Assembly: GCA_964354655.1 (NCBI GenBank)
Contig: CAYHAL010000001.1
Coordinates: 32,032 to 91,205 of the forward strand
Direction: 5' to 3'
Source of the DNA: an uncultured Dehalococcoidales bacterium
GTDB lineage: Bacteria; Chloroflexota; Dehalococcoidia; Dehalococcoidales; E44-bin46
Length of the DNA stretch: 59,174 nt
A program made the position numbers and the translations under genes. The notes beneath the pieces were generated by a model that saw only the letters and a program-made list of their open reading frames with translations, did not search any database and was not told where the DNA came from. Positions 8,085 to 16,202 of the stretch are shown here, piece by piece. Every line of letters starts with the position of its first letter. The stretch's first letter is position 1.

Positions 8085-8771
8085 ATGAGAAGAATACTGG
8101 AAATATTAGCCCTAATAACCATTATGGCGTTGCTTTTGGGTGGTGGAGCAGTAGTCTCAGTGGCAGCGACACCAGAGGTTATAGTTAGCCTTGATGCCCC
8201 GGATGAGGTAGCCCTAGATAGTGATTTTACGGCTAACGTCAATATCAGTGAGGCGGTGAACTTTGACGCCTGTAACTATGATGTCTCGTTCGATGCCTCA
8301 GTGCTACGTCTAGATGGTGTGACCTCGGGTCTCATAGGTTCAGCAGCAATCCCGGTTGATATTTATAACGAGATTAGCCCCGGGACATACCGGGTGGTTC
8401 AGAATGTCCCTGGCTTAGCTGGAGTAAGTGGCTCCGGGTATCTGGCGGTATTACACTTCCATGTCGTTGGCACTGGCAGTAGCGCTATAAGCTTATCTAA
8501 AGGCATGCTGTCCAATATCTTGGCTGAGAAGATACCGGCAACATGGGTAGGCGATTCGGTGATGGTGGTAGCCGCTGTTGAAGCTACTACCCCACCGGCA
8601 GCAGTCACTCCACCGACAGTAGCCAGCCCATCTTCTGTGGCTATTGCTCCTGGCGAGGAGGCAGCATTGCCAGCTAAGGCAATCAATTGGCCAGTATTGT
8701 GGGCAGTAATAGGGGTAGTGATTGCGGTTGGGGTAATTGTTTTCCTACGGGTTAGAAGAAGGGCATACTAA
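8085..8771 (+). CDS. Membrane-anchored cohesin-like protein (candidate anchoring scaffoldin)
   Basis: GGGAGGG SD. The protein has an N-terminal signal/TM (ALITIMALLLGGGAVVSVAA), one cohesin-like domain paralogous to that of the protease, a Pro/Ala/Thr linker, and the C-terminal anchor AKAINWPVLWAVIGVVIAVGVIVFLRVRRRAY. Confidence 0.75.
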   Translation: MRRILEILALITIMALLLGGGAVVSVAATPEVIVSLDAPDEVALDSDFTANVNISEAVNFDACNYDVSFDASVLRLDGVTSGLIGSAAIPVDIYNEISPGTYRVVQNVPGLAGVSGSGYLAVLHFHVVGTGSSAISLSKGMLSNILAEKIPATWVGDSVMVVAAVEATTPPAAVTPPTVASPSSVAIAPGEEAALPAKAINWPVLWAVIGVVIAVGVIVFLRVRRRAY

Positions 8772-8855
8772 TTTGACTAGGGCATAGGAGGTAACCAGTA
8801 AGCAGCTTTACCTGCTAGTAACTTAGAGCTTATCAAAGGAGATTAAGAGGATCCG

Positions 8856-9962
8856 ATGTTTTGGAAGGATCAGTGCGGCTTTGCCGCTGAAGAGTCTTTA
8901 GACTCTCGATTGAAGGCTATCTGTGACTGGGTGGGGAAAGAGACTGGTGCCTCCTATGCCATTTTACTCCTTTATGACCGAGAGGGTTCACAATTACACC
9001 AGACTGCCTGGTATGGGCAGGAACAAGCCTGGGAAGGTGAGGCGGCTGTTACGCAGTGGGTTCTGTCTAGAGCCAAGCCATTATTTCTACAAGGGCAAGC
9101 CGATGCTAAGGAAATCGTAGGCTATAGCTTGGGGAGGGGTGTACTGCCGCTTATCTGTGTCCCAATAATGCGCAATGCCAGTCCGAAGGGCGTTCTCTGT
9201 GCTGGCGCACCCCATTCTGCGAGGAAGGCGTTCTCATGCTGGCTGCCCTTTCTTGGATCGCTGGGGGAGCTAGCTGGTGTACTCATAGAGAATCAAAGCC
9301 TTCTGCGGAGTCTGGGCAACCGGGAAGAGCAAGTGCGGAACCTCATCAGGGATACCCTTGAGGCTCAGGAAGCGGAGCGGGAGCGCATCTGTCTCGAAGT
9401 TCATGATGGGGTGACTCAGACTCTAACTTCAGCCTTCCATTATCTCCAGACCTTGGAGGCGGTATCAACTGAAGGCACCCCGGGTAGACAATTACTCCTC
9501 AGGGCAAGCGCTTTGTTAAGGCGAGCCATACAGGAATCGAGGGAGGTCATCAATAGTCTCCAGCCGGCAACCCTGAGGGACCTCGGCCTTGTTGCCACAC
9601 TGCACCAGGAGATGCAAGAACTGGAGCAAGAGCTGGGATGGGAAATAGACTTTAAGGCTGACGCCATCAGGCTTCCTAAAGACACAGAGACCGGGTTATA
9701 TCGAATTATCCATGAGGCTATCACCAATGCCAGAAAACATGCTAACACCAAGCGCCTCCGCATCAGGCTAACCTCTATAAATGGCCGGGTAAATGTCGAA
9801 GTTAAGGATTGGGGTATCGGGTTTAACTACGACCCCTGGGATATGGCGGGGAGGCAAGGTACCGGTCTACTGAGCATACGTAAGCGGGCGGAGCTTTTGC
9901 AAGGTACTTGTGACATCCAAAGTGCCCCCGGTCAGGGTACCATGGTGCGAGTGCAGATATAG
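8856..9962 (+). CDS. Cytoplasmic sensor histidine kinase: GAF-like N-terminus, HisKA_3 and HATPase_c (NarL-partner class)
   Basis: The H-box is ERERICLEVHDGVTQTL. ATPase motifs are ITNARKHA, DWGIGF and GTGLLSIRKRAELL. No hydrophobic TM segment is visible. Confidence 0.85.
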   Translation: MFWKDQCGFAAEESLDSRLKAICDWVGKETGASYAILLLYDREGSQLHQTAWYGQEQAWEGEAAVTQWVLSRAKPLFLQGQADAKEIVGYSLGRGVLPLICVPIMRNASPKGVLCAGAPHSARKAFSCWLPFLGSLGELAGVLIENQSLLRSLGNREEQVRNLIRDTLEAQEAERERICLEVHDGVTQTLTSAFHYLQTLEAVSTEGTPGRQLLLRASALLRRAIQESREVINSLQPATLRDLGLVATLHQEMQELEQELGWEIDFKADAIRLPKDTETGLYRIIHEAITNARKHANTKRLRIRLTSINGRVNVEVKDWGIGFNYDPWDMAGRQGTGLLSIRKRAELLQGTCDIQSAPGQGTMVRVQI

Positions 9963-9990
9963 GGAAATCTTTACCTATAAGAAGGTAAGC

Positions 9991-10656
9991 ATGAATAAGA
10001 CGAAGGTACTTTTAGTAGATGACCACCCGGTGGTGCGTGAAGGCCTTCGCACTATGCTGGGTACTGTTCCAGACATCGAGGTGGTAGCTGAAGCCGGTGA
10101 CGGATTTGAGGCTATAGAGAAGGTAAAAGAGCACCGGCCTGACGTGGTTCTAATGGACCTCCGTATGCCTAACCTGGATGGTCTAGAAGCTACCCGGCGC
10201 ATAAAAAGCCAGCTCCCGTCTACAGCGGTCATCGTGCTCACCGTATACGACAATGACGCCTATGTTGTGGATGCAGTTAGAGCTGGTGCCGGTGGCTATG
10301 TGCTCAAGGATGCCTCAAAAGACCTCCTCGTCCATACTATCCGGGCAGTCAGTAGCGGGGCAACCCTAATCAGGACTAACCTTCTGCATAGGGCAATATC
10401 CTCCCTGGTTGACTCTAAAAGTGCCTATCAAAAATCGGGGATGTCCACTACTCCAGGTCTAGCGTTGCTAACACCTCGTGAACAGGAGGTGCTCAAATTG
10501 GTGGCTGAGGGGCGGACTAACAAGGATATAGGCAAAGAACTGAGTATCACCGAAGATACAGTGAAGAAGCATATGCAGAACATTATCGCTAAGTTGAATG
10601 CCTCCAGTCGAACTGACGCTGCACTGAAGGCAACACGTGCCGGTGTTATTAAGTAA
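9991..10656 (+). CDS. Response regulator, NarL/LuxR family (REC + HTH)
   Basis: MNKTKVLLVDDHPVVREGL...DVVLMDLRMPNLDG is followed by the LuxR HTH LTPREQEVLKLVAEGRTNKDIGKELSITEDTVKKHMQNI. ATG 9991 was chosen over the ORF-track 9910 start, which overlaps the kinase. Confidence 0.9.
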   Translation: MNKTKVLLVDDHPVVREGLRTMLGTVPDIEVVAEAGDGFEAIEKVKEHRPDVVLMDLRMPNLDGLEATRRIKSQLPSTAVIVLTVYDNDAYVVDAVRAGAGGYVLKDASKDLLVHTIRAVSSGATLIRTNLLHRAISSLVDSKSAYQKSGMSTTPGLALLTPREQEVLKLVAEGRTNKDIGKELSITEDTVKKHMQNIIAKLNASSRTDAALKATRAGVIK

Positions 10657-10992
10657 CCGGTGATATTAGAAGTTCCCCGGACATAAAGTATAGACTCAAC
10701 CCCTTCTTTGCTTCCCACTTTTGGGTAATACCCTCTTTAGGAGAAAAATAAAAGCCGTAAAATACCACTAAAGGGGGTTGCGGGGACAATTGGCAACGTT
10801 TATGATATAAATACGGCCACCTGTCGACAACAGTAGCCAGTGTGAACCCTGACCTGATAACTAAGCCTACCAAGAGAAGACAGGAACATGAACCTAACTT
10901 AGGTGTCAATGGTAAGGGAGGCGAGTTGGGGAACCACTTGCCCTCTTGCTTTTGGCATATGCTTACCTTGAGAGAAAAGGAGGTGATTCTAA

Positions 10993-11199
10993 GTGGCAGT
11001 AGAAAAGTCAATGGCATCCTCGAGCCTAGCTGAGGTTATTGACAGAATCCTGGACAAGGGCATTGTGATAGATGCCTGGGTTCGCATTAGCCTAGTGGGC
11101 ATTGAGATTTTGGCTGTCGAGGCCAGAATAGTGACTGCTGGTGTGGACACTTTCCTCAAATATGCCGAAGCTGTTGGGCTGACCGCAGCCGCTAGGTAG
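10993..11199 (+). CDS. gvpA: Major gas vesicle structural protein GvpA
   Basis: [54 protein letters not shown] is the canonical GvpA core. AGGAGGTG lies 7-8 nt before GTG 10993; an alternative ATG is at 11011. Confidence 0.92.
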   Translation: MAVEKSMASSSLAEVIDRILDKGIVIDAWVRISLVGIEILAVEARIVTAGVDTFLKYAEAVGLTAAAR

Positions 11200-11397
11200 A
11201 TTTGTGGTAAGGCCATTTGGTAAGCCGAGGGTCGAGGCGTGTTAGTGGTGACCGCCAGGTTGGTTCCCACTTACCAGTTTGAGCTTGCTTGAAGGGGGAA
11301 AGGGGGTAAGTAACCATGGTCTACACCTCGCTTGCCTCGACCTTGGCTTTAGCCAAAGGGAAGGTAGACCTACTTATTATAAAAAGGGGAATGAAAA

Positions 11398-11919
11398 ATG
11401 GGTTTAAGGCAGGAATTCCATGGGGCTAGTAGAAAGCGGCGAACCGAGATAGATGCCATCCGCTCTGGTGTAGCCAGTATACGCACTGAAGTAGCTGGTA
11501 TGCTTAGGGAGTTAGCTAGGGAAGATGCCAAGCGCAGGTCTGAGATAGATGCCATCCGCTCTGGAGTAGCTACTATGCGTTCCGAGGTGGCCGATATGCT
11601 CGAAGAGCTGGCAAAGCCGTATGCTGAGCGCAGGTCGAAGGTAACCGATTATATGCGCTCCGAGGTGAGTGCTATTTTTGAGGAGATTTTGGGCAAGGCA
11701 CCGGCTGAGAAAAAGGGAGCACCAGTGGTTAGGGAGAAACCAGTTAGTGAACTTCGTGATAGGGTCTTTGCCTACCTAGCTAACCACCCCAATGGGACTA
11801 AATTAACCGAGCTGGAAGAGAAGTTTGGCGTAGCCCGCATTCAGATGGCAAGGGTAGTCCGTGAGTTGATGGATAGTAACAAGGTAGAAAAACGCGAGCA
11901 ATTTTACTTTGCTATCTAG
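11398..11919 (+). CDS. Gas-vesicle-cluster protein with 32-aa tandem repeats and a C-terminal winged-helix-like domain
   Basis: Repeats are RRTEIDAIRSGVASIRTEVAGMLRELAREDAK, RRSEIDAIRSGVATMRSEVADMLEELAKPYAE and a shortened third unit. The C-terminus LRDRVFAYLANHPNGTKLTELEEKFGVARIQMARVVRELMDSNKVEK looks wHTH-like. Confidence 0.7.
   Translation: MGLRQEFHGASRKRRTEIDAIRSGVASIRTEVAGMLRELAREDAKRRSEIDAIRSGVATMRSEVADMLEELAKPYAERRSKVTDYMRSEVSAIFEEILGKAPAEKKGAPVVREKPVSELRDRVFAYLANHPNGTKLTELEEKFGVARIQMARVVRELMDSNKVEKREQFYFAI
11437..11628 (+). repeat. Two 96-nt tandem coding repeats, with a degenerate third unit to about 11691
   Basis: gagatagatgccatccgctctgg occurs at about 11446 and 11542. The period is 96 nt (32 codons). 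Confidence 0.85.
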
Positions 11920-11986
11920 GAGCTTGGACATGGCAGCCGGTATAAATTGCCGCTGTGTAGATTAGCTAAGAGGAGGGAGTAGAAGT

Positions 11987-12913
11987 ATGGTTATGACTAG
12001 GGGCGAGGAAATGTTAACGGTGCTGGAACCCCGTCCGTTATCCAAGTTTGTGGAGACGCAATTCATCAAGGAAATTACTGACCGCGCCATGGCCTATACT
12101 ATGGCTGGGTTCCCGGTTCATTTCAGGGGGGCATCAGGGACAGGGAAGACAACACTGGCTCTGCATGTTGCCAGCAAGATTGGCCGACCAGTAGTAATGA
12201 TACATGGGGATGAAGAATTCAGCACATCAGATTTAGTGGGAGGTGAATACGGCTACCGTTTGAGGAGGGTAGTGGATAACTTTATCCATTCCGTATTGAA
12301 GACTGAAGAGGACATGACAAGGAGGTGGGTGGATAACCGCCTGACAGCCGCCTGCAAGTACGGGTTGACCCTTATCTACGACGAGTTTACCCGTTCTCGC
12401 CCGGAGGCAAATAATGTCCTGCTTTCAGTTCTCCAGGAGAAGATGCTTGACGTGCCTGCCCATCAGGGTGACGGTGACGGCTACCTGAGGGTAGACCCTA
12501 ACTTTACCGCCATCTTCACCAGCAACCCAGAGGAGTATGCCGGTGTCTACCGGAGCCAGGATGCCCTTCGTGACCGAATGGTAACCATAGACCTGGGCCA
12601 CTTTGATGAAGAGACGGAGATAGCCATAACTGGGGCTAAATCAGGGATGCGCCGGGCAGAAGCCGCCAAGATTGTAAGTATTATCCGAGCTTTGCGCGAC
12701 TCTGGCGTGTGTGAGTATGCCCCCACTGTTCGGGGGGCGATAATGATAGCCAAGACCCTTAAAGTACTACATGGCTCAGTCAGTAGCAGAAATAATGCCT
12801 TTAGGAAGTTGTGTCTTGATATCCTGGCATCAGAGACAAGTCGAGTCGGCAGCAATGCTCAAAGCGCCAGGGTAAGAGAGAAATTGAGTGAGATAATTGA
12901 CCAATATTGCTGA
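11987..12913 (+). CDS. gvpN: Gas vesicle AAA+ ATPase GvpN
   Basis: Walker A is FRGASGTGKTTLA and Walker B is TLIYDEFTRS, consistent with the CbbQ/NirQ/NorQ/GvpN family. It sits directly after gvpA as in known gvp clusters. Confidence 0.9.
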   Translation: MVMTRGEEMLTVLEPRPLSKFVETQFIKEITDRAMAYTMAGFPVHFRGASGTGKTTLALHVASKIGRPVVMIHGDEEFSTSDLVGGEYGYRLRRVVDNFIHSVLKTEEDMTRRWVDNRLTAACKYGLTLIYDEFTRSRPEANNVLLSVLQEKMLDVPAHQGDGDGYLRVDPNFTAIFTSNPEEYAGVYRSQDALRDRMVTIDLGHFDEETEIAITGAKSGMRRAEAAKIVSIIRALRDSGVCEYAPTVRGAIMIAKTLKVLHGSVSSRNNAFRKLCLDILASETSRVGSNAQSARVREKLSEIIDQYC

Positions 12914-12959
12914 GCTAGAGATGACATCCCTTAGTATGTCCTGAAAGGAGTGCAAGCCT

Positions 12960-13418
12960 ATGAAAAAGAATGTTACTCTCGCTGATTTAGAAAGGGAGAA
13001 CAAGGAACTCCGTAGACAGTTAGCTGAGCTTGACGAGCTGCCCAACACGAGGAGACTTACCAGGAAGAGCATTAGCGACCTTAAGGGGGTGCAGAATATA
13101 GCTACTAGCCTCAGCGCGGGAGTAAGCTCCATCCCTGGCAGTCGGGAAGACCATCACTACCTTGATTTATATTTCCTGCAAATAGAGCAGGAGAGGCTGG
13201 TCAAAGAAATAGCCTCAATAAAAAGGCGAAGGCTACGGTTAGGAAGGAAGGTTTCCCACCTTGACAGGGAGATAGCTGCCAAAGAGAAAAAAGCCCTTCA
13301 AGCCATGACAATTCTGTCGGCAGGGTCTCTTAAAAAAATCAAGGCAAAAAAACAGGAAACGCCAAAGAGGGACGAAAATAAAGAGAAAGAATGGAATAAA
13401 TTTACCCTGGAGTACTAA
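12960..13418 (+). CDS. Coiled-coil protein of unknown function inside the gvp cluster
   Basis: Heptad-rich charged sequence (LADLERENKELRRQLAELDEL...; IEQERLVKEIASIKRRRLRLGRKVSHLDREIAAKEKK) with a Lys-rich tail. I recognised no family. Confidence 0.6.
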   Translation: MKKNVTLADLERENKELRRQLAELDELPNTRRLTRKSISDLKGVQNIATSLSAGVSSIPGSREDHHYLDLYFLQIEQERLVKEIASIKRRRLRLGRKVSHLDREIAAKEKKALQAMTILSAGSLKKIKAKKQETPKRDENKEKEWNKFTLEY

Positions 13419-13448
13419 GCATCTTACTAAAATGAGGAGACTTGTAGA

Positions 13449-13667
13449 ATGGTAGCCATATCGCCTGATGAAGGGCTAATCTGGAGACAGCAGAAACTGC
13501 CGTCTGAAGAGAGACCGAGGCAGATAAGGATAAATTCTGCCGTGATAGGTGCTATCGCTCGACATTTGATAGCCTGGGAATGGGCAAGAGCCCTGAGGAA
13601 AATCGCCGAGCCGTGGGAATGGCAACAAGAGCTTGAACGGAGGGTTTTTCTGGGGATAAGACGATGA
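13449..13667 (+). CDS. Small Trp/Arg-rich hypothetical protein (72 aa)
   Basis: The ORF overlaps the next gene start by 4 nt (ATGA), which suggests coupling. No recognisable motifs. Confidence 0.4.
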   Translation: MVAISPDEGLIWRQQKLPSEERPRQIRINSAVIGAIARHLIAWEWARALRKIAEPWEWQQELERRVFLGIRR

Positions 13668-14722
13668 GGAAATATATATACGGCGTTATCAAAATAAGCC
13701 AGCCAGTGACTTTTGGTCAGTCCCTTCTGTCCTCAAGCCCTGAGGAGGTATACACCATATCCCATCGTGACCTTGCCTTCGTTATCAGTAACTATGATGG
13801 GAGTGATTTTGTTTTGCTGCCCAAGGAGGATAAACTGCGTTGCTTGATGACCCACCAAGGGATTATTGAGCGAGTGATGAAGGAAGGGTATACCATACTT
13901 CCGGTAAAGTTTGGCACCCTTGTCGAGGGTGAGGATGAAATACGCCGCATTTTAAAGCAAGAGTATACAAGGCTTGTCCAAAACTTAAACCAGATGGCTG
14001 GTCTGGTGGAGATAGAGGTAGCAGCTACCTGGGACTTGAACCAGGTTCTTGAGGAGATTGGCAGCGAGGAGGAGATTAGACAACTGGGGCGCTCCATGGT
14101 GGGTAAGTCTGCCTCAGAAATAATGGAAATCCAGATAAACGCTGGTAAAGTGGTTAAGAAATCTCTAGATAGACGGAGGGAGAACTACCGCTGTCAGACA
14201 ATGCAGTCCCTTGCCGAAGCAGCGCTGGATATACAACCAAACGTATTAGTTGCTGATGAGATGGTTATGAATATCGCCCTCCTTATTTCAAGGGAGAGGC
14301 AGAGGGAGTTTGATAGCCGGGTGAGGCAAGTAAATGAGGCCTTTAATGACCAGATTAATTTCCGTATTATCGGTCCTCTACCGCCTTACAGTTTCAGTAC
14401 GGTGGAGATAAAGCGTCCCGACCCGGTGAAGATTGAACAAGCGAGGCAATTGTTTGGGCTCGGCACTGAAGTTTCACATAAGGAGCTCAAGGAGGCTTAC
14501 CGTCGCCTGGTAGCTAAGAGCCACCCCGATGTGCACCTGGATGGTAGCGATGAGCAGTTCACCAAGGTGCGGGAAGCATTTGCTTTACTGCGTGATTATT
14601 GTCACGGGCAGAGTGTGGGTGTTGAGCAAAATACAAATGGGCGATGCTATTCGCTTAAGCCCAAGGATGTAAGCCAGGTTTTTCTGGTTGAGATAAAACG
14701 CCCAGCCCTTCCAACTGGCTAA
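13664..14722 (+). CDS. GvpF/L-family gas vesicle protein fused to a C-terminal J-domain (DnaJ-type, HPD motif)
   Basis: The N-terminus YIYGVIK...HRDLAFVISNY...ILPVKFGTL...GPLPPYSF matches the GvpF/L pattern. Residues ~257-312 (ARQLFGLGTEVSHKELKEAYRRLVAKSHPDVHLDGSDEQFTKVREAFALLRD) match the J-domain pattern, with HPD at nt 14522-14530. Confidence 0.85.
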   Translation: MRKYIYGVIKISQPVTFGQSLLSSSPEEVYTISHRDLAFVISNYDGSDFVLLPKEDKLRCLMTHQGIIERVMKEGYTILPVKFGTLVEGEDEIRRILKQEYTRLVQNLNQMAGLVEIEVAATWDLNQVLEEIGSEEEIRQLGRSMVGKSASEIMEIQINAGKVVKKSLDRRRENYRCQTMQSLAEAALDIQPNVLVADEMVMNIALLISRERQREFDSRVRQVNEAFNDQINFRIIGPLPPYSFSTVEIKRPDPVKIEQARQLFGLGTEVSHKELKEAYRRLVAKSHPDVHLDGSDEQFTKVREAFALLRDYCHGQSVGVEQNTNGRCYSLKPKDVSQVFLVEIKRPALPTG

Positions 14723-15532
14723 ATGCTTGGGGTTAGTATGGCGGGAGAAGAGACTAGGGAAGCAAAGTACCTGTACTGCATAATAAAGTGCAGCCAGGAG
14801 GGCAACTTTAACGGTGTACCGGCTGTTGGTGGTCACTGCAGCCAGATTCACACCGTTGTCTTCAAGGATTTAGCCTGCGTGGTTAGCGGCTCGCCGAACA
14901 CGGAGTATGATAGTACCCGGGTAAACATGATGGCTCACGAGACGGTGATCGAGCGGGTAATGAGGGAATTCACCGTTCTACCCATAAGATTCGGCACCGT
15001 TACCACAAAAGGCTCGGGGTCGCCGGTTGAGGATATCCGCCATAAGCTCCTTGAGCGTCATTATGATGAATTTCTAAGCCTGCATGAGGACATGAGTGGG
15101 GGGGTTGAGCTAGGGCTTAAGGTATTATGGCGTGATGAGAAGGCAATCTATCAAGAGGTAGTTGCTGAAAACAGGGAATTGCGTAGGTTGAGAGATTCTA
15201 TTCAGGGTCGTTCTGCTGAGGCGACACACTTTGACCGGGTGCGATTGGGAGAAATGGTTAAAAAGGCGCTTGACCAAAAACGGGATAAGGAGGCGAGGAT
15301 GCTCCTGACTCGCTTTCACCCTATAGCCGACCGAATACGAGAGAACAGAATTATTATCGACCGAATGGTTCTGAACGCTGCCCTGCTGGTAAATAAAGAC
15401 CGGGAGAGGGAGTGTGATGAAATAGTGGAGAGACTGGATGAAGAGCTGGGAGAGAGGATGGTGTTCAAGTACACCGGGCCTAACCCTCCATTTAACTTTT
15501 GTCAGATTACGGTCAAATGGGAGAAGGAATGA
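14723..15532 (+). CDS. GvpF/L-family gas vesicle protein
   Basis: AKYLYCIIK...FKDLACVVSG...VLPIRFGTV...GPNPPFNF. An alternative start is ATG 14738. Confidence 0.85.
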   Translation: MLGVSMAGEETREAKYLYCIIKCSQEGNFNGVPAVGGHCSQIHTVVFKDLACVVSGSPNTEYDSTRVNMMAHETVIERVMREFTVLPIRFGTVTTKGSGSPVEDIRHKLLERHYDEFLSLHEDMSGGVELGLKVLWRDEKAIYQEVVAENRELRRLRDSIQGRSAEATHFDRVRLGEMVKKALDQKRDKEARMLLTRFHPIADRIRENRIIIDRMVLNAALLVNKDRERECDEIVERLDEELGERMVFKYTGPNPPFNFCQITVKWEKE

Positions 15533-15813
15533 AAGAAGGTAGGAAAATTCAGCAAGAAGAGGGAGGCGATCTTCTTACTAATATACTGGCCTTTCCTATT
15601 CTTGGCGCCCCAATAATGGTTCACTGGGTCGCCCAAAAGCTCGTCGAGGCAGCGGAGCAAGAGGAGCTGGACGAAGGTAAGCTCCAAGGTAAGTTACTGG
15701 AGCTTCAGATGCAATATGAGCTGGGAGAAATTGATGACGAAGAGTATGCGAGACAGGAAACAGCTATACTGGAAAGGCTCAACGCTATTCGTAAAACTAA
15801 GGAAGAGGAATAG
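15529..15813 (+). CDS. gvpG: Gas vesicle protein GvpG
   Basis: LLTNILAFPILGAPIMVHWVAQKLVEAAEQEELDE...LQMQYELGEIDDEEYARQETAILERLNAIR is typical GvpG. ATG 15529 overlaps the upstream stop (ATGA). The ORF-track start at 15499 is also possible. Confidence 0.8.
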   Translation: MKEGRKIQQEEGGDLLTNILAFPILGAPIMVHWVAQKLVEAAEQEELDEGKLQGKLLELQMQYELGEIDDEEYARQETAILERLNAIRKTKEEE

Positions 15814-15827
15814 TAAAAGGACGTAAT

Positions 15828-16136
15828 ATGGTGCCGACAGGGGATAAAATTACTACCAAAGGGGGGGCAAAGATGACTACCGGAATAACAAGTCTGGCTG
15901 AGCGAGCCAAGCAGCAATTGGCTAAGGTCACTGGCTTTAGCCCAGTAGCGGCAGTGGGGGGATTTAAAGACGAGGAGGGCTGGCATATCTCGGTGGATAT
16001 GCTAGAAATGGCCAGATTGCCCGAAGCAACCGATATCATTGGCACTTATGAGGTTTTGCTCGACCAGGGTGGCAACATGGTGAAATTTGAGAAAAAGAGG
16101 GCACGTCTCCGCGGTGAGCCGTATGAGGAAGGATAG
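15828..16136 (+). CDS. gvpO: Gas vesicle protein GvpO-like
   Basis: AKQQLAKVTGFSPVAAVGGFKDEEGWHISVDMLEMARLPEATDIIGTYEVLLDQGGNMVKFEKKRARLRGEPY matches the GvpO pattern (domain, then E.GW...V...E..R.P...D....YEV.LD..G). An alternative ATG is at 15873. Confidence 0.72.
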   Translation: MVPTGDKITTKGGAKMTTGITSLAERAKQQLAKVTGFSPVAAVGGFKDEEGWHISVDMLEMARLPEATDIIGTYEVLLDQGGNMVKFEKKRARLRGEPYEEG

Positions 16137-16202
16137 CTAAGTGCTACCATATTAGCTTCGTCACCATAGGAGTAGAAGCGCAACTAAAGCAAAAGAGGAT
16201 TG

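Noticed and set aside
3457-8560. The two pairs of near-identical coding modules (pro-region copies and cohesin copies) were considered as template/variable repeats of a diversity-generating retroelement.
   Set aside because: The substitutions are of all types and are not adenine-specific. No reverse transcriptase or accessory gene is present. The copies are in-frame paralogous domains.
10780-10970. Sigma54-type (TGGCA-N-TTGC) and sigma70-type boxes upstream of gvpA, for example TTGGCAACGTTTATGATATAAAT and TGGCATATGCTTACC.
   Set aside because: The spacings do not fit either consensus. The -35 to -10 gap is 10-12 nt, and GG/GC elements are not 10 nt apart.
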